Assembly (NCBI RefSeq): GCF_037042905.1
Contig: NC_087250.1
Span: 5,024,001 to 5,088,000 of the forward strand
DNA from: Lytechinus pictus
Lineage: Eukaryota
DNA length: 64,000 nucleotides
Direction: 5' to 3'
The notes below the pieces were generated by a model, which ran no database searches, had not been told where the DNA came from, and saw only the letters and a list, made by a program, of their open reading frames with translations. The first letter of the stretch is position 1; each line of letters begins with the position of its first letter. Shown here in pieces: positions 37,301-50,597 of this stretch. The position numbers were made by a program, and so were the translations under genes.

Positions 37301-38459
37301 TACCAACCATGGGTCTCTCCGCCACTGAAAAAGAAAAATGAAAAAAAAAATTACGGCCACATATCTGATCATACTGAGCGACCTTTCCTAAACGCCTTAT
37401 ATCGCTACAAGATTGGTTTTGTTTTTCTCTCTTTTTCGATCTTTTGATATATGTTTTTTTTTCTAAATAACTTGTTTTTGCAGAAGGAGAGGGGTCATTT
37501 TGTTTACGTCAAGAGTCTGACTACCCCCCATAAAATACCCCAAATATGCAAAACAAAATAATTAAAACCAATTTAGGTCCGCCATGAACGCAAGATACTC
37601 CACAACCTATCATAATATGTATACTACAGATTATTAATACAGTAACAGAACGGTATAGAGTACAGTTACATAAAACAAGCTGTGATAGTGTAATGATTAC
37701 ATTATGGTACAAAATATTTAACATGGTTATAAAAAGCAGACATAAATGTAAAATTGGATGAACAACAACAACAAAATAAATTATGAAGATCATTTCCTCG
37801 GAGATTAAGTATCCGAAGGCCCTGTTTTTACTTTTGGAGGGGCCAGACATGACGTATAGGGCAAAATTTCTCAAAAGCTGCCCAAAATTAAACTTTTTAA
37901 AACAAATTCTTGATATGTGATATATTTTGGCATAATAATCACAAAACAATATCATATTTCATCCCGTTTTCCTTCCTCTTTCTTTCTTTTCCTCCCTTTT
38001 CCTTGGTAGTTAACATTTTTGGTTTTTCTTTGTTTTTTTAAGGGGGGGGGGGAGGGTCCATGGCTCAAGCCCCCCCCCCCCCCCGTTCATCTGTGCGTTA
38101 GTGTTAAGTATGATTTATAAATCATGTCTAGATGAAATTGTATAAACGAAACATCCAGTATGCACTTACATGCGATATGTATGCGATTACATCCTTCCTT
38201 TTCATATACATGATATATCACTATTTAATCAAAACCGCAGTTCCGTATACAATTTAGGTATACATGTCCTACTTAAAAAAACAACAACAAGCCTAAAATG
38301 TTTTTTCCACACACGAGTCTTGTTATGTTATTGTAGACAAATAGAGATAAGTAAGATATGAAAATATAAAAATATTACCTCAGTTTGACCAGCTTCCTTC
38401 GCCTTCTCTGCCGCTTTCTGCTGGGCTGGGTCAATGGCAAAAACACTTGGTTTTACCAT
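31076..38459 (-). CDS. Uncharacterised single-pass (predicted type II) membrane protein with His/Gly/Pro-rich repetitive C-terminus: complement(join(31076..31383,31797..31875,35136..35330,38379..38459)), 220 aa
   Basis: Four exons joined by GT-AG introns with phases 0, 0, 1 give one 663-nt frame: MVKPSVFAID...GQTE|VPIPTDK...GGCCSSLKRWQKITMGVVTALLLVGCIGFFTHR...GNS|YGGGHHRW...PPPPRNG|SGGPGG...GPPGHSGENND...MEDGTM*. Minus-strand AATAAA at about 30796-30801. Confidence 0.8.
31531..31770 (-). mobile_element. Degenerate copy of the same SINE
   Basis: cacctgggttgagt.cagcac and gccatggctggg.atcgaa.cc blocks. Confidence 0.75.
31797..31875 (-). CDS. His-rich membrane protein exon 3
   Basis: aattgtag|TAT ... 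AATG|gtaaga. Confidence 0.8.
32166..32438 (-). mobile_element. Full-length tRNA-derived SINE
   Basis: Reverse-complement match to 21786-22065; A and B boxes intact. Confidence 0.88.
32782..33258. mobile_element. TIR MITE (PIF/Harbinger-like ends) with aaactagtttactgg repeats
   Basis: aggctgttctcactacgttcctaaaactagtttactgg versus ccagtaaactagttttagaaagcgtaacgagaacggcct. Confidence 0.8.
33372..35170. repeat. Four copies of a 121-132-bp unit containing the end of exon 2 and its donor (GGCAATTCG|GTAAGCA) of the His-rich gene; one unit interrupted by a hAT element
   Basis: gcttaccgaattgcc recurs with the donor G at 35135, 35014, 34882 and 33378. Confidence 0.9.
33487..34856. mobile_element. 1370-bp non-autonomous hAT-like element, TIR cagtggcgtagcta, exact TSD cctcctcc
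   Basis: TSD at 33479-33486 and 34857-34864; interior carries gcgagcgcgaagcgcgagc motifs. Confidence 0.92.
35136..35330 (-). CDS. His-rich membrane protein exon 2 (transmembrane helix)
   Basis: ttttacag|GTA ... TCG|gtaagc; 65 codons; hydrophobic stretch ITMGVVTALLLVGCIGFF. Confidence 0.8.
38379..38459 (-). CDS. His-rich membrane protein exon 1 (MVKPSVFAIDPAQQKAAEKAKEAGQTE)
   Basis: acgATGG start context, donor GAG|gtaata, 27 codons in frame with exon 2. Confidence 0.7.
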
Positions 38460-41129
38460 CGTGTTATATTATAAAATATACACCTTATAATGAAATGCAA
38501 TGTATATAATTCCTTATATGTTCCTATATGTTCCTCTGAGTGAATGTAATACGCATAAGCAATACGACCGGTGAGTTTCATCTACGTGCGAACCTACTCC
38601 TCGATATAACATGGATTGAAAAATCGACAATTAGCAAATATTGTCTGAATACGTCATAATAACACTGAAGTGGTTCCAAGTAAAATCGTTATTCGTCTCT
38701 CAAGTCGTTCGTGGCAATTGAATTAAAGAAACGTTTTCCTTGATCTATTAATTGTGATTATAATTGATCACCTCAGTTCTACATTTCATTACTTTTGATT
38801 CGTTGTTAATTCATTGATGACTTTATTTTATGTGGAATTGAAAATAAAACTCAATACATTACGAAAGAGATGAAAGTGTATAAATCCGTTTCTGTATTTG
38901 AAGTTACTGGACGAAAATATTGGGAAACGATTCAACAAAATAGACCCGTTCGTATAGTTACTTCATGGACAATTTTGGTCAAATGACCTTTCATTTCTTT
39001 CATTATGATAGGCAGATTTCAAAGAAAGATATTACGTAAGCATGCCTTACATAGCAGGATGAAGAAATTGAATAAACCAGGTGACTAGAATAGCACACCA
39101 ATGAACACTTAATGAAGGTAATTGGGCCCATTTGATGGTATTTCTTTATTCATGATCTGGTGAGATAAAGTTGTAAATTGTAATATTAGTTTTGATACAT
39201 TTTGTTGTGCAAAGTATTTCTATTTCTATTTCCTTTATACTTCATATTTCCTTTCTCTTAACCGCTTAGAGGCAACTTGTTTGAGTTTTAAATGAAAAAG
39301 AATAAATTCAATCAATCAATCAATCAATCAATCATTTAAATTACCTTCCATGTGGAAGCAATTAAGGCAGCTCCCCTGCAAACTCATAAAAGTTGCAATA
39401 CGTAAGCCCCACCGCATCACCCCCTAGAAAATCTGCAAAACCATATAGGCCTATAAATTGAGTAAACAAAATGAGCAAACAATGAAATTTTAAGATGGTT
39501 TCCCCGATTTTCATATTTTAATATCGTATTCGTGTTCACTCTAAAAACAAATCAGGCAAAAATTACAGTTAATAGGGTCAGCTGGGTGCAACTGTTATTT
39601 TATTCACATTTGACTATTTTCTATAGTCGTATTTTACTAGAACATAGTTATTGCTGACTAGAATATAATTCAGAAATATAACTATGACATATCAGTTGCA
39701 CCTATTGCGCTGACTATTATATGGTCTAGTCAATTTGATTGAGTTGTTTTAAGAGTGTAGGCTACACTTCATCACGTCCCTCCTTCTACAACCCACCCAC
39801 CCCCCCCCCCCCGGCCATTCCCATCCCATATTTTTCTCTTTTGAAAACCCATCTAGAATGTCTAGTCTCACAAACCTCAAACGTTTTGATGTAAGGCTAT
39901 ATCATCAATGCCATTTCACACTCTGTCTATGGTATTACCATAACAATTGCCGTGGCGCTCCGAACCAACCGAAGCCTGGCACAGATCTGCACGACATTAT
40001 TAAATGCCTGGGAATTCATATTATATACATCGCATACAGAAATATTGTTTGTTCTTGAAGCCGGGCGGAGGGTGGTACGTAATATCGATCGTATACATTA
40101 TGTTTGCTTCCAGAAGGAGAACGAGAATGATAATAATAAAAAAATGAAATGAAAATAAATAAAAATGAAAGAAGAATTGTCTGCCTATTGTTCTGTCACG
40201 AGCGGACCAATGGGCACGATCGTTTGTCGCCGTGTATCTTTTTTTTTCTTCCTGGTAGTTTATGATAGAGAGAAGGCGAAGTGCATAAATATAGTTGTTT
40301 ATATTTTATTCGATTTGTAAGTTTATATGAAGTTCAAGGTGGCAGCCAATGTTATTGTGTGCCCCCCCTTGCAAAAGTTTAGATATATCTATGACGTCAT
40401 GACCTCTTAATAGATAGGAATATAATGAGTTCGAAATCATTCTTTCTCCGTGCATTTCGTATGGGGTTAGTTTTCAGTCAGTTAAAGACCACCACTGATA
40501 TTGAAGGGTTCTCCCGGGGGGGGGGGGGGGGGGGGGCGGGCGGTACTCATACGAAATAAGGCATACGGGGATGTGCCGCTGGAATGGGTCGCTTTTTTGG
40601 AAGAAATCCCTAAACATGGGGTATGGTTTTTATGCTAGAAAAATCCCTTAACATTTGCCCCCAATTTTTAGATAATGGCCTTAAACATTGGTCCCTTGCC
40701 CCAATTTTTAGATACTGGCCTTAAACATGGGTCAAAATATAAAGAATATGGGTCCATATTCTATTTATATGTTATATATTGGGTTTGTAACTTTGTGTTT
40801 CACTGTAATTGTACACTTAAGTGTTTGTTTTGTAAAATTGAAAATGATCCAATATGTGTGGATTTAAATCAATAAATTTTGAAACATGAAACTTCTCCTC
40901 CAGTTTTGGGTGATAACCTTTTTTTTTTCTTCTTTTTTTGCTAGGCAAATTTTGGGGCCCGCCCCCCCCCCCCCCCCTTGGCGGAGCAAAAAAAGAAAAA
41001 AAAGGAAAGAAAGAAGGAATAAAGGAGGAAAAAGAGAGGAGAAAAAGAAGAGAAGGACGACGAGTGCATAAAATAAGATGAGGGGAAGACTTGGAAAATA
41101 AAAAAAAATCTTTCGTGCCACCATATAAA

Positions 41130-43047
41130 ATTTTCGCTCGCGCTTCGCGCTCGCATTGCCTGTTAGGTGATTTACATATCTTGTCCAATATGGAGCTCGA
41201 ATGTCAAATTAGAAAGTCAATATATAAAACATTTCACCTCGGAAATCGAACTTTCATTATTTTGTGTGATTTACAAATTGATTTTTAAAAAGTGCTCTGT
41301 AAAAATGTCAGTTTTATGGTCTGAATATTAACATTTGCTGCTTGCGCTGCGCGCTCGCAAATTTTGATTTATCAGGTACCTATTATTTTCGTGTATTTCA
41401 TAAAGTTTTTAAAATGTCCCTTTTCAGGTCTGATTGTTAAGACGTATCAGCTAGCGCGCTGCACGCTCGCATTTTGATTGGCGAGTTATATATGTTTCAA
41501 TATTTACTATACAACAAACTACTTAAAATCCCCTTTTCATGACAGTTTATCAAAAATTTCATTTCGCGATTTGCGCTCGCATTAATGGCTAAAAATATAT
41601 TAACTTATGCATTCTATTCATAATTACAAAAGTGAAATGTCCAGTTTTTATGCCATAATATCATCAGATTTCGCGCCCTCATTAGGCATTAATAAATATG
41701 ATATTAATTTAATAATCAAATTGTCCGTTTTGTTTCATCTCGCTTAGCAAGACGAATAGGAAGATAGTCATCATTTTCATATGATTGAATGTCGTGAGGA
41801 CGACAAAACTCAGAGTAATCATAATAAAAATAGCAGCTCTTTTTTAAGTGCGATCCATATCCACCTTACAATATTTCTACAAAGTGCTTGAAATATAAAG
41901 CTGAAATTGACTCTTTTTTCAGATCGGAATATCAAAGTTTCATGATTTTCATGATTAAAGATGTATTTAGAATGCCTAGATTCTAGGTCTGAATATGAAA
42001 CACGCGCGCGCATGTCTATTCAGATACTAAACTTGTTCCCTATTTAAATCATTATCCAGTTTCAGATCACAATATCAAAAATTTTCTGCTCGCGCTTTGT
42101 GCTCGCATTATTAATGTAGGAAGACCCCATATTACTCATCCTTTTCATGATTTACAAAACATGAACAGAGTGGCCCATTTTTAGGTCTAAATCTCGATTT
42201 TTTTTTGCTCGCGCTTTGCGCTCGCATCAATTATTAAATTATATAGCTATCCTGTTTACGATTACAAAACATTCTTTCTTTAGAAAGTTCAAATTTTTCA
42301 GCTCGCGCTTCGCGCTCGCATTTTTTGATCGTTGAAAATGTAACGCCTTCATGGCTAAGTGCAAGCTGTCCTTAACAGTTACCTTTCCAACAGGTACCAG
42401 TTCAAAACGTATATAAAAATTTTCTGCTCGCGCTTTGCGCTCGCATTATTAATACTCATCCTTTTCATGATTTACAAAACACGAATAGAGTGTCTCGTTC
42501 AGTAAATATTATAGGACTAAATCTCGAAATTTTCTGCTCGCGCTCCGCGCTCGCATCAATTGTTTACTTATATACCTATTCTGCTTGAGTTACAAAAAGT
42601 GCTTAGAATTTCCATTCTTTAGGTGAAAATGTCAAAAAAAATTTGCTCGCGCTTCGCGCTCGCATTGTTTGATTGTTAAATGCTACTTTAACAGGTATCT
42701 TTTCCATCAGTTCATTTCTGCTCGCGCTTTGCGTTCGTAGTAATTATTAAGTTGCATACACATCTTTTACAGGATAACAAACATTGCCCAGAATGTACAA
42801 ATTTTAGGGAAAAAAATACATAAAATTTCCAAAAAAATTAGCTCGCGCTTCGCGCTCGCATCATATAAATAAGGATTATGATATTACATATTAATTTATA
42901 AGAATAAAGCTATAAGAAGTGACCAATGAGGACTACCCCTTCAAATAAACAAACAAAAATCATCTTCGAGCTGCGGATCGGGGAAAATATGGCTGAAACT
43001 AATTTCCGCCCCCCCCCCCCCATTGGCGAAGGCTGGATCCGCCCTGT
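41130..43047. mobile_element. Repeat element with periodic GCTCGCGCTTCGCGCTCGCA motifs
   Basis: About a dozen motif copies, mostly 75-125 bp apart. Right end ggatccgccctgtg resembles the inverse of the sequence at 33587. Left boundary uncertain. Confidence 0.75.
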
Positions 43048-43414
43048 GTCCCCCCTACCTTTTGGGAGATATTTCCGCCCCTGGACATAGGTGAAAACAA
43101 TGTTACAAATTTATGACTTAATCTCAGAACGGATGGTTGTGTGCAAAGGGTTCTATGACCTTTTCTCTGGCGACAATTGCTCCGCTGTATATTTCACTCA
43201 TTAATCGAATGACCAAATTCAACATTGGATTTAAAACTATACCCTATCCTAATTAAGGCTTAACCTAACATAAAACCATATTGGAACCCTATAGCCTGTA
43301 TATCTTACCGGGATATCTTAAGAGGAAAAAAAGCCCGGCCGGAGCAATAGAGCAAGTGTTGTGTCAACCCGTTAAAAATGCTTGCCGGAGGGAGGGATAG
43401 AAGGGGGGGAGAAA

Positions 43415-43778
43415 CATGGGCGGAAATTCCAGGGGGGGGGGGGCCGACGCGTCCCTCCTACAGAGTCCTACTAAAAATAGTAGGGAGGGGGACTAAAAAT
43501 AGTAGGGAGGGGGACACAATATCAAATGTCTGTCCTACTATTTTTGGTCTTGTATGATGGAAAGAAATGCATCATTCAAAATCGCAATAAAAATCTATTT
43601 TGGACGAGATGACCTTACTTTTGGGGTGATAACCTTTTTTTTTTGCTTGTGAAATTTATTTTGGTCGAAACGACCTTACATTTTGGGTGATAACCTTTTT
43701 TTTTTTTTTTTTTTTTTTTGCTTGTCAGATTTTCCAGCCCCTGGTCCGCCTACCTTTGGGGAGAGATTTCCGCCCTTG
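43415..43778. mobile_element. hAT-like MITE, exact TSD gggagaaa
   Basis: catgggcggaaat ... atttccgcccttg. Confidence 0.85.
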
Positions 43779-46399
43779 GGGAGAAAGGAGGGGGGAAGTA
43801 AGTTGCCTAACCATGATGCATGTTTAATGTCTCTCGCGTTCGAAATGTCTACAGGACCATGAGGAGAGCAGAAATTTGACATCACTAGGACAAATTTTGC
43901 TGGCCTATTACTGGGCCTGCAATACCTGGCAATTCATCAAGGAAAAAGAAGACACCTGTAGGCTATACCCTTACTCTAGCTTCAGCACAGCTCCTCACAA
44001 TTATATACTGATTTGGTGAGCGAGCTCCAAAATATGAAATATAAATTTTGCGAGCTCAAAGCATGAGCTGAACTGTTCTGACAACCTGTAATAGGTCATG
44101 TCAATTAGCACAGTATGCCCAATAATAAACAAACTATTAAGCAAATAATGCGATCGCGAAACCCCGCAGGAAGCGCGGGTTTATCTTTTTATATTCTGAC
44201 ACGAAAAAGGGGCATTGCTATTTCAATCATCGATTGAATCCTTGAAGTAAATATATTATAAGCCTATCACTACACAAATAATGCAAGCGCGAAGCGCGTT
44301 TTTTAAAATCAGATTGAAATAATTATATTCACGCTTTTGTGGTGAAAATGGTCCTTATACACGACACTGTCTATCGGCCAATTAATTTCTTTCACTGCTT
44401 CTTCTGATGCCATTCTTTTCGATCTCTTTAAATTTTCTCCTTGCTCGTTTCCTTCTACTTTTCCTTTTGTTTTCTCCTACTTTCCTTTATGGTCTCTGTA
44501 TATTATTTAGCCTGCAGGGGTATAGTCCTTCGAGGACGTCGCCACATTATATGCAGCGCACCCTGGATATGAGGGTGACAAGCCCCCCCCCCCCCCGAAA
44601 AAAATAGTAAGAAGAATAAAGAATAAATAAGTAAAATAAAATATAAATAAATAAATTACAAAAAGAATGAAATAAATAAATGAATGAATGAATAAATAAA
44701 ATATATAAAGAATAAATAGCACAATAAAAATCGATCCGAGTGCCCTGGGCTACGCACGGCCTCTTTTTCCCCTCCTCATTTCATATTTAAATTTCCCTTC
44801 AACATTTCCTTCTATCTTCTATCTTATTATGGAGAATGAGAAACCGGACATATTATGGACAAAAATAATAATTATAAAAACTGTAGTATGTTCTCAATTT
44901 GTTTACATTTGGACTTGTCTTCCAGTTCCAAAGAATATCATGACCACACTTAATAAATTGATAGATAGTTTTCTATGGGGTTAAAAAAAGATAAAGGTCA
45001 AGGGTGCCGCGATTGTTGCTCGTGCTCCAGTAAATTGGGGTTTAGATATGGTAAACCTATACGAACCATTCATTTTTTATCGTTACAATTATCATGGTTC
45101 TCAAAATATTTTAAAGGCCGTGATATATGTCACAATGGAGACTTTTCAAATCCTGGATAAGTCTCATCGGAGATGTACCAGAAGTTTTAAAAATGAACTA
45201 TTCAAGCAAGGATATATGTTTTTTTATGTACGAAGTTTAAATTACCAGAGTTTTATGTCAATCTACTTGTGCACTGGATAATTAATTTTTATAACGTTAA
45301 AAACGTGTCCAATCAAATATCATGGAACAACAGAAACATTAAACACGGAAATGGCCTCTTATTTTATAAAGAATGGAGAGTTAACGGAACAGAAAAAGTC
45401 GGTGACTTTTGAAAGATGGGCAATGGATATCGTGTGACTCATTACAAAGACATGCAGTTGGGCACAAATTCATTGTTAGTCACTTTCAACTTTTCTAAAT
45501 TGAAAAAAGGCAATTCCTAAAGTATGGGTAAACTAAATAAGAAATACAGATTACACCAAAGATGAAACAGAAATTGAACCAGAAACATTTAATATATCAT
45601 TTGGTGATTTCATTAAAAGTTTGTCACATGAAAGCAGAACATTTTATGAATCATAACAAGAGACCCCCTGCCAATAGTATTATGATTGGAAGCACGAATT
45701 AGATTTTAAGTTGAAAAATGATAAGAGATAAAATAAACATGATAAAGTATATAGCCTATTTTAAAATACTGCACAAGTATTTTACCTTTTGAAGATAATC
45801 ATTTTAAATGGATTTAGATCTTGTCGACTAATATTTGCTCACTTTACAACGAACCTGAATCATCTACTCACATTTCTATAAAAAAAATGTCACCTAGTAG
45901 CTTATTTGGGGAAAAGGGTTAATTAGCAAATTAATTTTAGATTGGTTTCTAAAAGACATTTATTTAAAAGAAAAAATATTGTAATTGGTTTTAATATCAG
46001 TGAGTCTAAATTTAATTTGATTAACATATTACTTTAGTGCACACACAATATGAAATTTACAAGGTATTACTTTAGAAATAATTTTTGTAATAGTCATTCC
46101 ATTTGGATGGTATTTAAATATGATTTCAGGTATATTATGTTGAGTGGAAATAAAAAAATAAGAAAGAGAAGAACTTGATATATGTTTCTGTTCTAGATAT
46201 TCTTACTCTTTTGCATCTGTATATTTCCACCTTTTTTGTTTTACACCGGTTGATTATTTTTTCTATACATGTGATTATATTGTTATATTGATTTTATGAA
46301 ATAAAGTACCCCAGAAGAGGAAAAAAAAAATATATAATTACCGGTATTTATCTTGCGTCAATGAAACATTTTTTTTAGCTGGCTACAGTCAGCGTTCCA

Positions 46400-46531
46400 T
46401 ATAGTTAACGAAGAACAACAATAACATTTCACATTTGTCACGCGTTGAAACTAAGCTGAAGTCTCGCCTTTCTTCGGTTTTTTGCTTTGCATGGAACTGT
46501 AAGTTTGTCCTTAGTAACATGACTTATCCAG
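46400..46531 (+). promoter_or_regulatory. Candidate promoter and first non-coding exon of the TRIM gene
   Basis: Two donor-like sites (ACT|gtaagt at 46499, CAG|gtaagc at 46532) followed by a GC/CpG-rich island at about 46610-46830. The TRIM exon has an acceptor upstream of its ATG. Confidence 0.45.
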
Positions 46532-47688
46532 GTAAGCAGAGTGTTGAATTCGAGCTAACTTCCTTCTCCAGATAAGTGTTTTGATATGTTTTTTTGACAT
46601 TGTGGAGCTAGTGAGTCGACTCTAGCTGGAGACTGCAGGGAAGGCTTCTCGCCATCTTACTCTTAGCGAGCTCCGGCGCCGCCTCCGGGGCCTTTTTTAC
46701 TGTGCAGCCGTAGCGCCCCCAACAGTGGCTCTACGGCCTGTACGGGTGCTCCCGCCGCGGTGGCAGGGCCAGCTTGCCTGCCTGGGGCTGGGTGTAGGCC
46801 GCCTCCTGCTGACCTAGCCTGGAGGCTCCTGGAGAGTAAAAATCAGTGTAAGATGGTGGTCCCCAAGTCTGCACACCATGCGCACCTAACGATTTGTGTT
46901 AAGATTTATTTTAACATGAATTTCTTTTTATTTCACAAAATCTTTTAGTTGATATTTATGATAATGTTCCTTACATCGATCATTAATGAGTTAGTGTGAC
47001 AAATAAAAATTTGAAAGAAATATATGATTTTCTTGGGAAAAACCTTGGGCAGTCATTTTCAGATTGAACAAAAAAATGGTGCCCCATGTCTGCGCACCCA
47101 TTCACTTTGCATGCGATTCAGGGATTTTGATGAGAAAGGCTGCATTTTGACTATTTGAGGCCGTCACAAGAAATGCCCAAATTTCATTATTTTTCCACCA
47201 TTGTGAGTCGGACTTTGTAACTAATATCTGTCTATGCATTAGATGTGTAAAGTTTGTGTTCGTTGCGTATCTTTTACTAGAATCGCGCTGATACGCGTAT
47301 GCGCAGACAAGGGGGACTGCGCAGACTTAGTGAGTTAGGGGAACTTGCCATACTACATGTTACAGCACGCAGGCACAGACACAGAATGAGAAATTTAATA
47401 CCCTAGATAGGAAGACAACATACAAGATTGACCTGGAAACTTGTCTGCAGAAACAACTGTATTTTTCCAGTAGATCCGGTATAAAGGTATAAAGATATAC
47501 GGTACACGTTACTCAAGGCTTGACATTAGCGGTGGCCCGGGGCCACCAGAAATTCACCTCAGGCAACCATTATTGAAAAAAATTTGAGTTTTGGTGGACC
47601 GAATCAGGCAACTGATAATTTTCAAAGTAGCGCAATTTTTCTCCCGATTTTGCACGCATTTATCAACTTTCTACAGTTCAAATTGCAA

Positions 47689-49219
47689 CAGGGTGACCAG
47701 ACGTCCCGTATTTACCGGGATCGTCCCGTATTTTGCTCCTTTGTCCCGGCGTCCCGACAAACCCTTCCCGGGACGCCTAGTTGTCCCGTATTTCATAATA
47801 TTGAACAAAATGTATTTAATACATTTAAAAGTGACGAATTTCCATCGAATAAGCAACAGATGACGAAGCAGAGACAACAATAAAATCTATAACTGTAAAT
47901 TTTTGCAAGTTCTGCAGTGATTTTCTTGCTAACCCAATACATTGCGAACGAACTGGCCTCCTGCCAGTGTGTGGCAGGCTACTAGCTAGGCATGGATCGG
48001 CGCAGATTCTCAGTGGTGCAAACAATCTCACATGATAAACTGTTTTTCCACCAAATTAATCACAAAATCGGCGGGAAAATAATTTTTATAATTATATTAT
48101 GGATTATCAGATTGCTGATTTGGAGATGTAATCGGAGGAACAAGTTATTGTGTTTTCATAACTAGATCTATAGTTGTTTCAGCTTTCGCTTTGATTCTTG
48201 GTGTGTATGATGCCGCGATGTTTCATCTAAATTTTAAGTTAGACTATAAACTGTATTTCACTTTAAAATTTTATTCATTTCTATAAAATTTTAGTTTTTT
48301 TATTTCTAAAATATATTTAAAAAACAAAAAAAAAACATGATTTTTGTTAGATGATTGGATTTGTTTTGTTTGCTTAAAGTTTGAACTTTTTTTCTTCTTC
48401 CTTTCTTTTCTATCCTTCATTGTTCATCCTTCTATCCTTCCTGCTTGCCCTTTTTGTTCCATCTTTCTTTATTTCCTATATTTCTTTCCTGACCCTTTCT
48501 CTTTCTCTCTATGTTCATTTTCTTTCTTTCCTTCTTTCTGTTACTTTCCTTCTTTATTAATATCCGTTTTTATTTGCTTCATTCTTTCTTTCCTTAAACT
48601 TTTCTTTGCTTCCTTCTCCCTTCCTCTCCCTTTTCTTTTTGTTCTTTCTCTTCCAATATTTTCTCTGTTTTCATTCATTCCTCCCTTCATTCTTCCCTCC
48701 CTTTCTTTCTTCCTTCCTTTCATTCTTTGTTTTATTTTTTCCTTCTAATTCTTCCCCTTATTCTTTTTTTCCTTCCTTCCTAATTCCTTTCTGTTTTTCT
48801 TCTTTGTTTCTTTCAAAGAATGAAGGACACATTTTTCTTCCCTTCATTCTTTCTTTCCTCATCCTTTTTTCTTACTTTTTTCCTTTCTCTCCTTTATTTT
48901 GTCTTTGAGCTCCACACATTTGTTCATCTTCCCTTACTTTCTTTTTCTTTCTGTATTTATTTCAAAGAATAATGGAAACATTTTTTTCTCTCTCTTATTC
49001 TTCCTTTCATCCACATTTTATTCTAACTTTCTTTTATTTTTCCCTTCATTTTTTTCCCTCTCAATTCATCTCTTTTCTTTCGTATTTACTTTCTCTCCTT
49101 CATTCTTTTGTTCACCCTCCCTTCCAATTCTTAAGTTTTTTTTCACAAGTCTAACACTGTGTAGCCTTCTTTGTTTGTCGATTGTCCCGTATTTCATTTT
49201 GTGAAATCTGGTCACCCTG
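47689..49219. mobile_element. 1531-bp non-autonomous hAT-like element, TIR cagggtgaccaga, exact TSD aattgcaa, pyrimidine-rich interior
   Basis: TSD at 47681-47688 and 49220-49227; subterminal gtcccg repeats. Confidence 0.92.
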
Positions 49220-49411
49220 AATTGCAAGCCAATTCGCCATGCGCCCTTTTTGTTAATCTACACACAAATACACACACACAAAGATTGCATAGTCATGACA
49301 GTATGTAGGCCTACCGCTATAGCATACAGTAACTATTATCCAGCATGCATGAAACCACTGCTGCACTGCAGCTAGCTGTGCGCTAGCTGCGGCTAGCCTC
49401 TTGTCGAGGCC

Positions 49412-49502
49412 CTGTCGGCTGCTTTCCGAGCGAACATGGCGAAGCAAGGGAGAGAGCTGTCGGCTGCTTTCCGAGCGAACATGGCGAAGCAAGGGAGAGA
49501 GC
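49412..49502. repeat. Exact 45-bp tandem duplication
   Basis: ctgtcggctgctttccgagcgaacatggcgaagcaagggagagag at 49412 and 49457. Confidence 0.9.
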
Positions 49503-49506
49503 GAAG

Positions 49507-49794
49507 CATGAGCAGTGCCAACTTACATTTAAAAAAAATACTTGCATCGGCCGATAAATATCATGAATCGTAAAATACTTGCATCGGCCGATAAATATCA
49601 TAAATCGTATGATATTTATCGGCCGATGCAACTACAGTATTTTACGATTCATGATATACGATTTATGATATTTATCGGTCGATGCAAGTATTTCACGATT
49701 CATGATATTTATCGGCGGATGCAAGTATTTTACGATTCATGATATTTATAGGCCGATGCAAATATTTTTTTAATCTAAGTTGGCACTGCTCATG
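49507..49794. mobile_element. Palindromic MITE made of 37-bp internal repeats
   Basis: catgagcagtgccaactta ... taagttggcactgctcatg; cttgcatcggccgataaatatca at 49541 and 49578, with inverted copies further on. Confidence 0.85.
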
Positions 49795-50597
49795 ATATTG
49801 TCGCCCTATACAAGTGTTGTACATGTATCTAGGTTACGATAACAAAGACGGCAAAATGGCGACAATAACAGAGCTCCTGTTCTTAATTATTTTTATCATT
49901 TGTCTAATTAAAAAAAAAATGAATGCACAACCATCAGTACGTGCGGGGGGCAAATAGACTTTTAGCCCATTTCTATAAGTTTGGGCTCAAAACCTTAAAG
50001 CCTATCTATAGGAGACTGACTTTTACTCTCCAGGAGCCTACAGGCTATGCTGACCTGCAGTTGCCCTGGCTTGGCCTGACTTGTTTGCAAAGTAAGACAG
50101 TCTTTAGACTTGCCTCCTACCAGGGCTGCCAATTCTCATTAATTTCGAGCGAGACTCGCCCATTTTGTCCTTTCTCACCCATTTCATGCTTTTATTCAGT
50201 AGAAATTAAAAAATGTCGTCTAGACTCACAGACTAGTGCGAAAAGGATTTACAGATATGAGAGAGTATATGTTTAGCTTTAAGTTGATACTGTACCAATT
50301 TCATGACGATATCTCTCTGTTCAACTGAGATATCGTATGTTCACCCGTATGAAAAGTGTAACAACACCACCTTTTTGTTGGGGCGAGTTCAAGACACATA
50401 GCCATCTTCACACAAGAAACACAATGCAAAGGAAGTCAATGGGGGAGATTATGTCATTATCTAAAGAAACAAGTCAGAAAATGCTTCAGACTCAGAGATT
50501 TATCTCCAATAAAAAGTATGTAATGAAAGCTTGCAATTTCCCCCTTCTCAATTTTCCCATTTGCAGTGTTAGTCTGAGTTTTGGACAGGGGACTGCA

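Noticed and set aside
40515..40540. Poly-G/poly-C runs as special G-quadruplex elements
   Set aside because: They occur throughout the window, mostly within MITE ends, and homopolymer lengths are prone to sequencing error.
48344..49204. Phe/Leu/Ser-rich 'membrane protein' ORFs (also 15285, 11858)
   Set aside because: Low-complexity CT/AT-rich tracts; the 48-49 kb tract is inside a hAT element.
50337..50597. 87-aa N-terminal extension of the TRIM ORF
   Set aside because: It crosses a polypyrimidine tract and acceptor at 50566, and RING domains of TRIMs normally sit near the N-terminus. Probably intron that is open by chance; not proven without cDNA.
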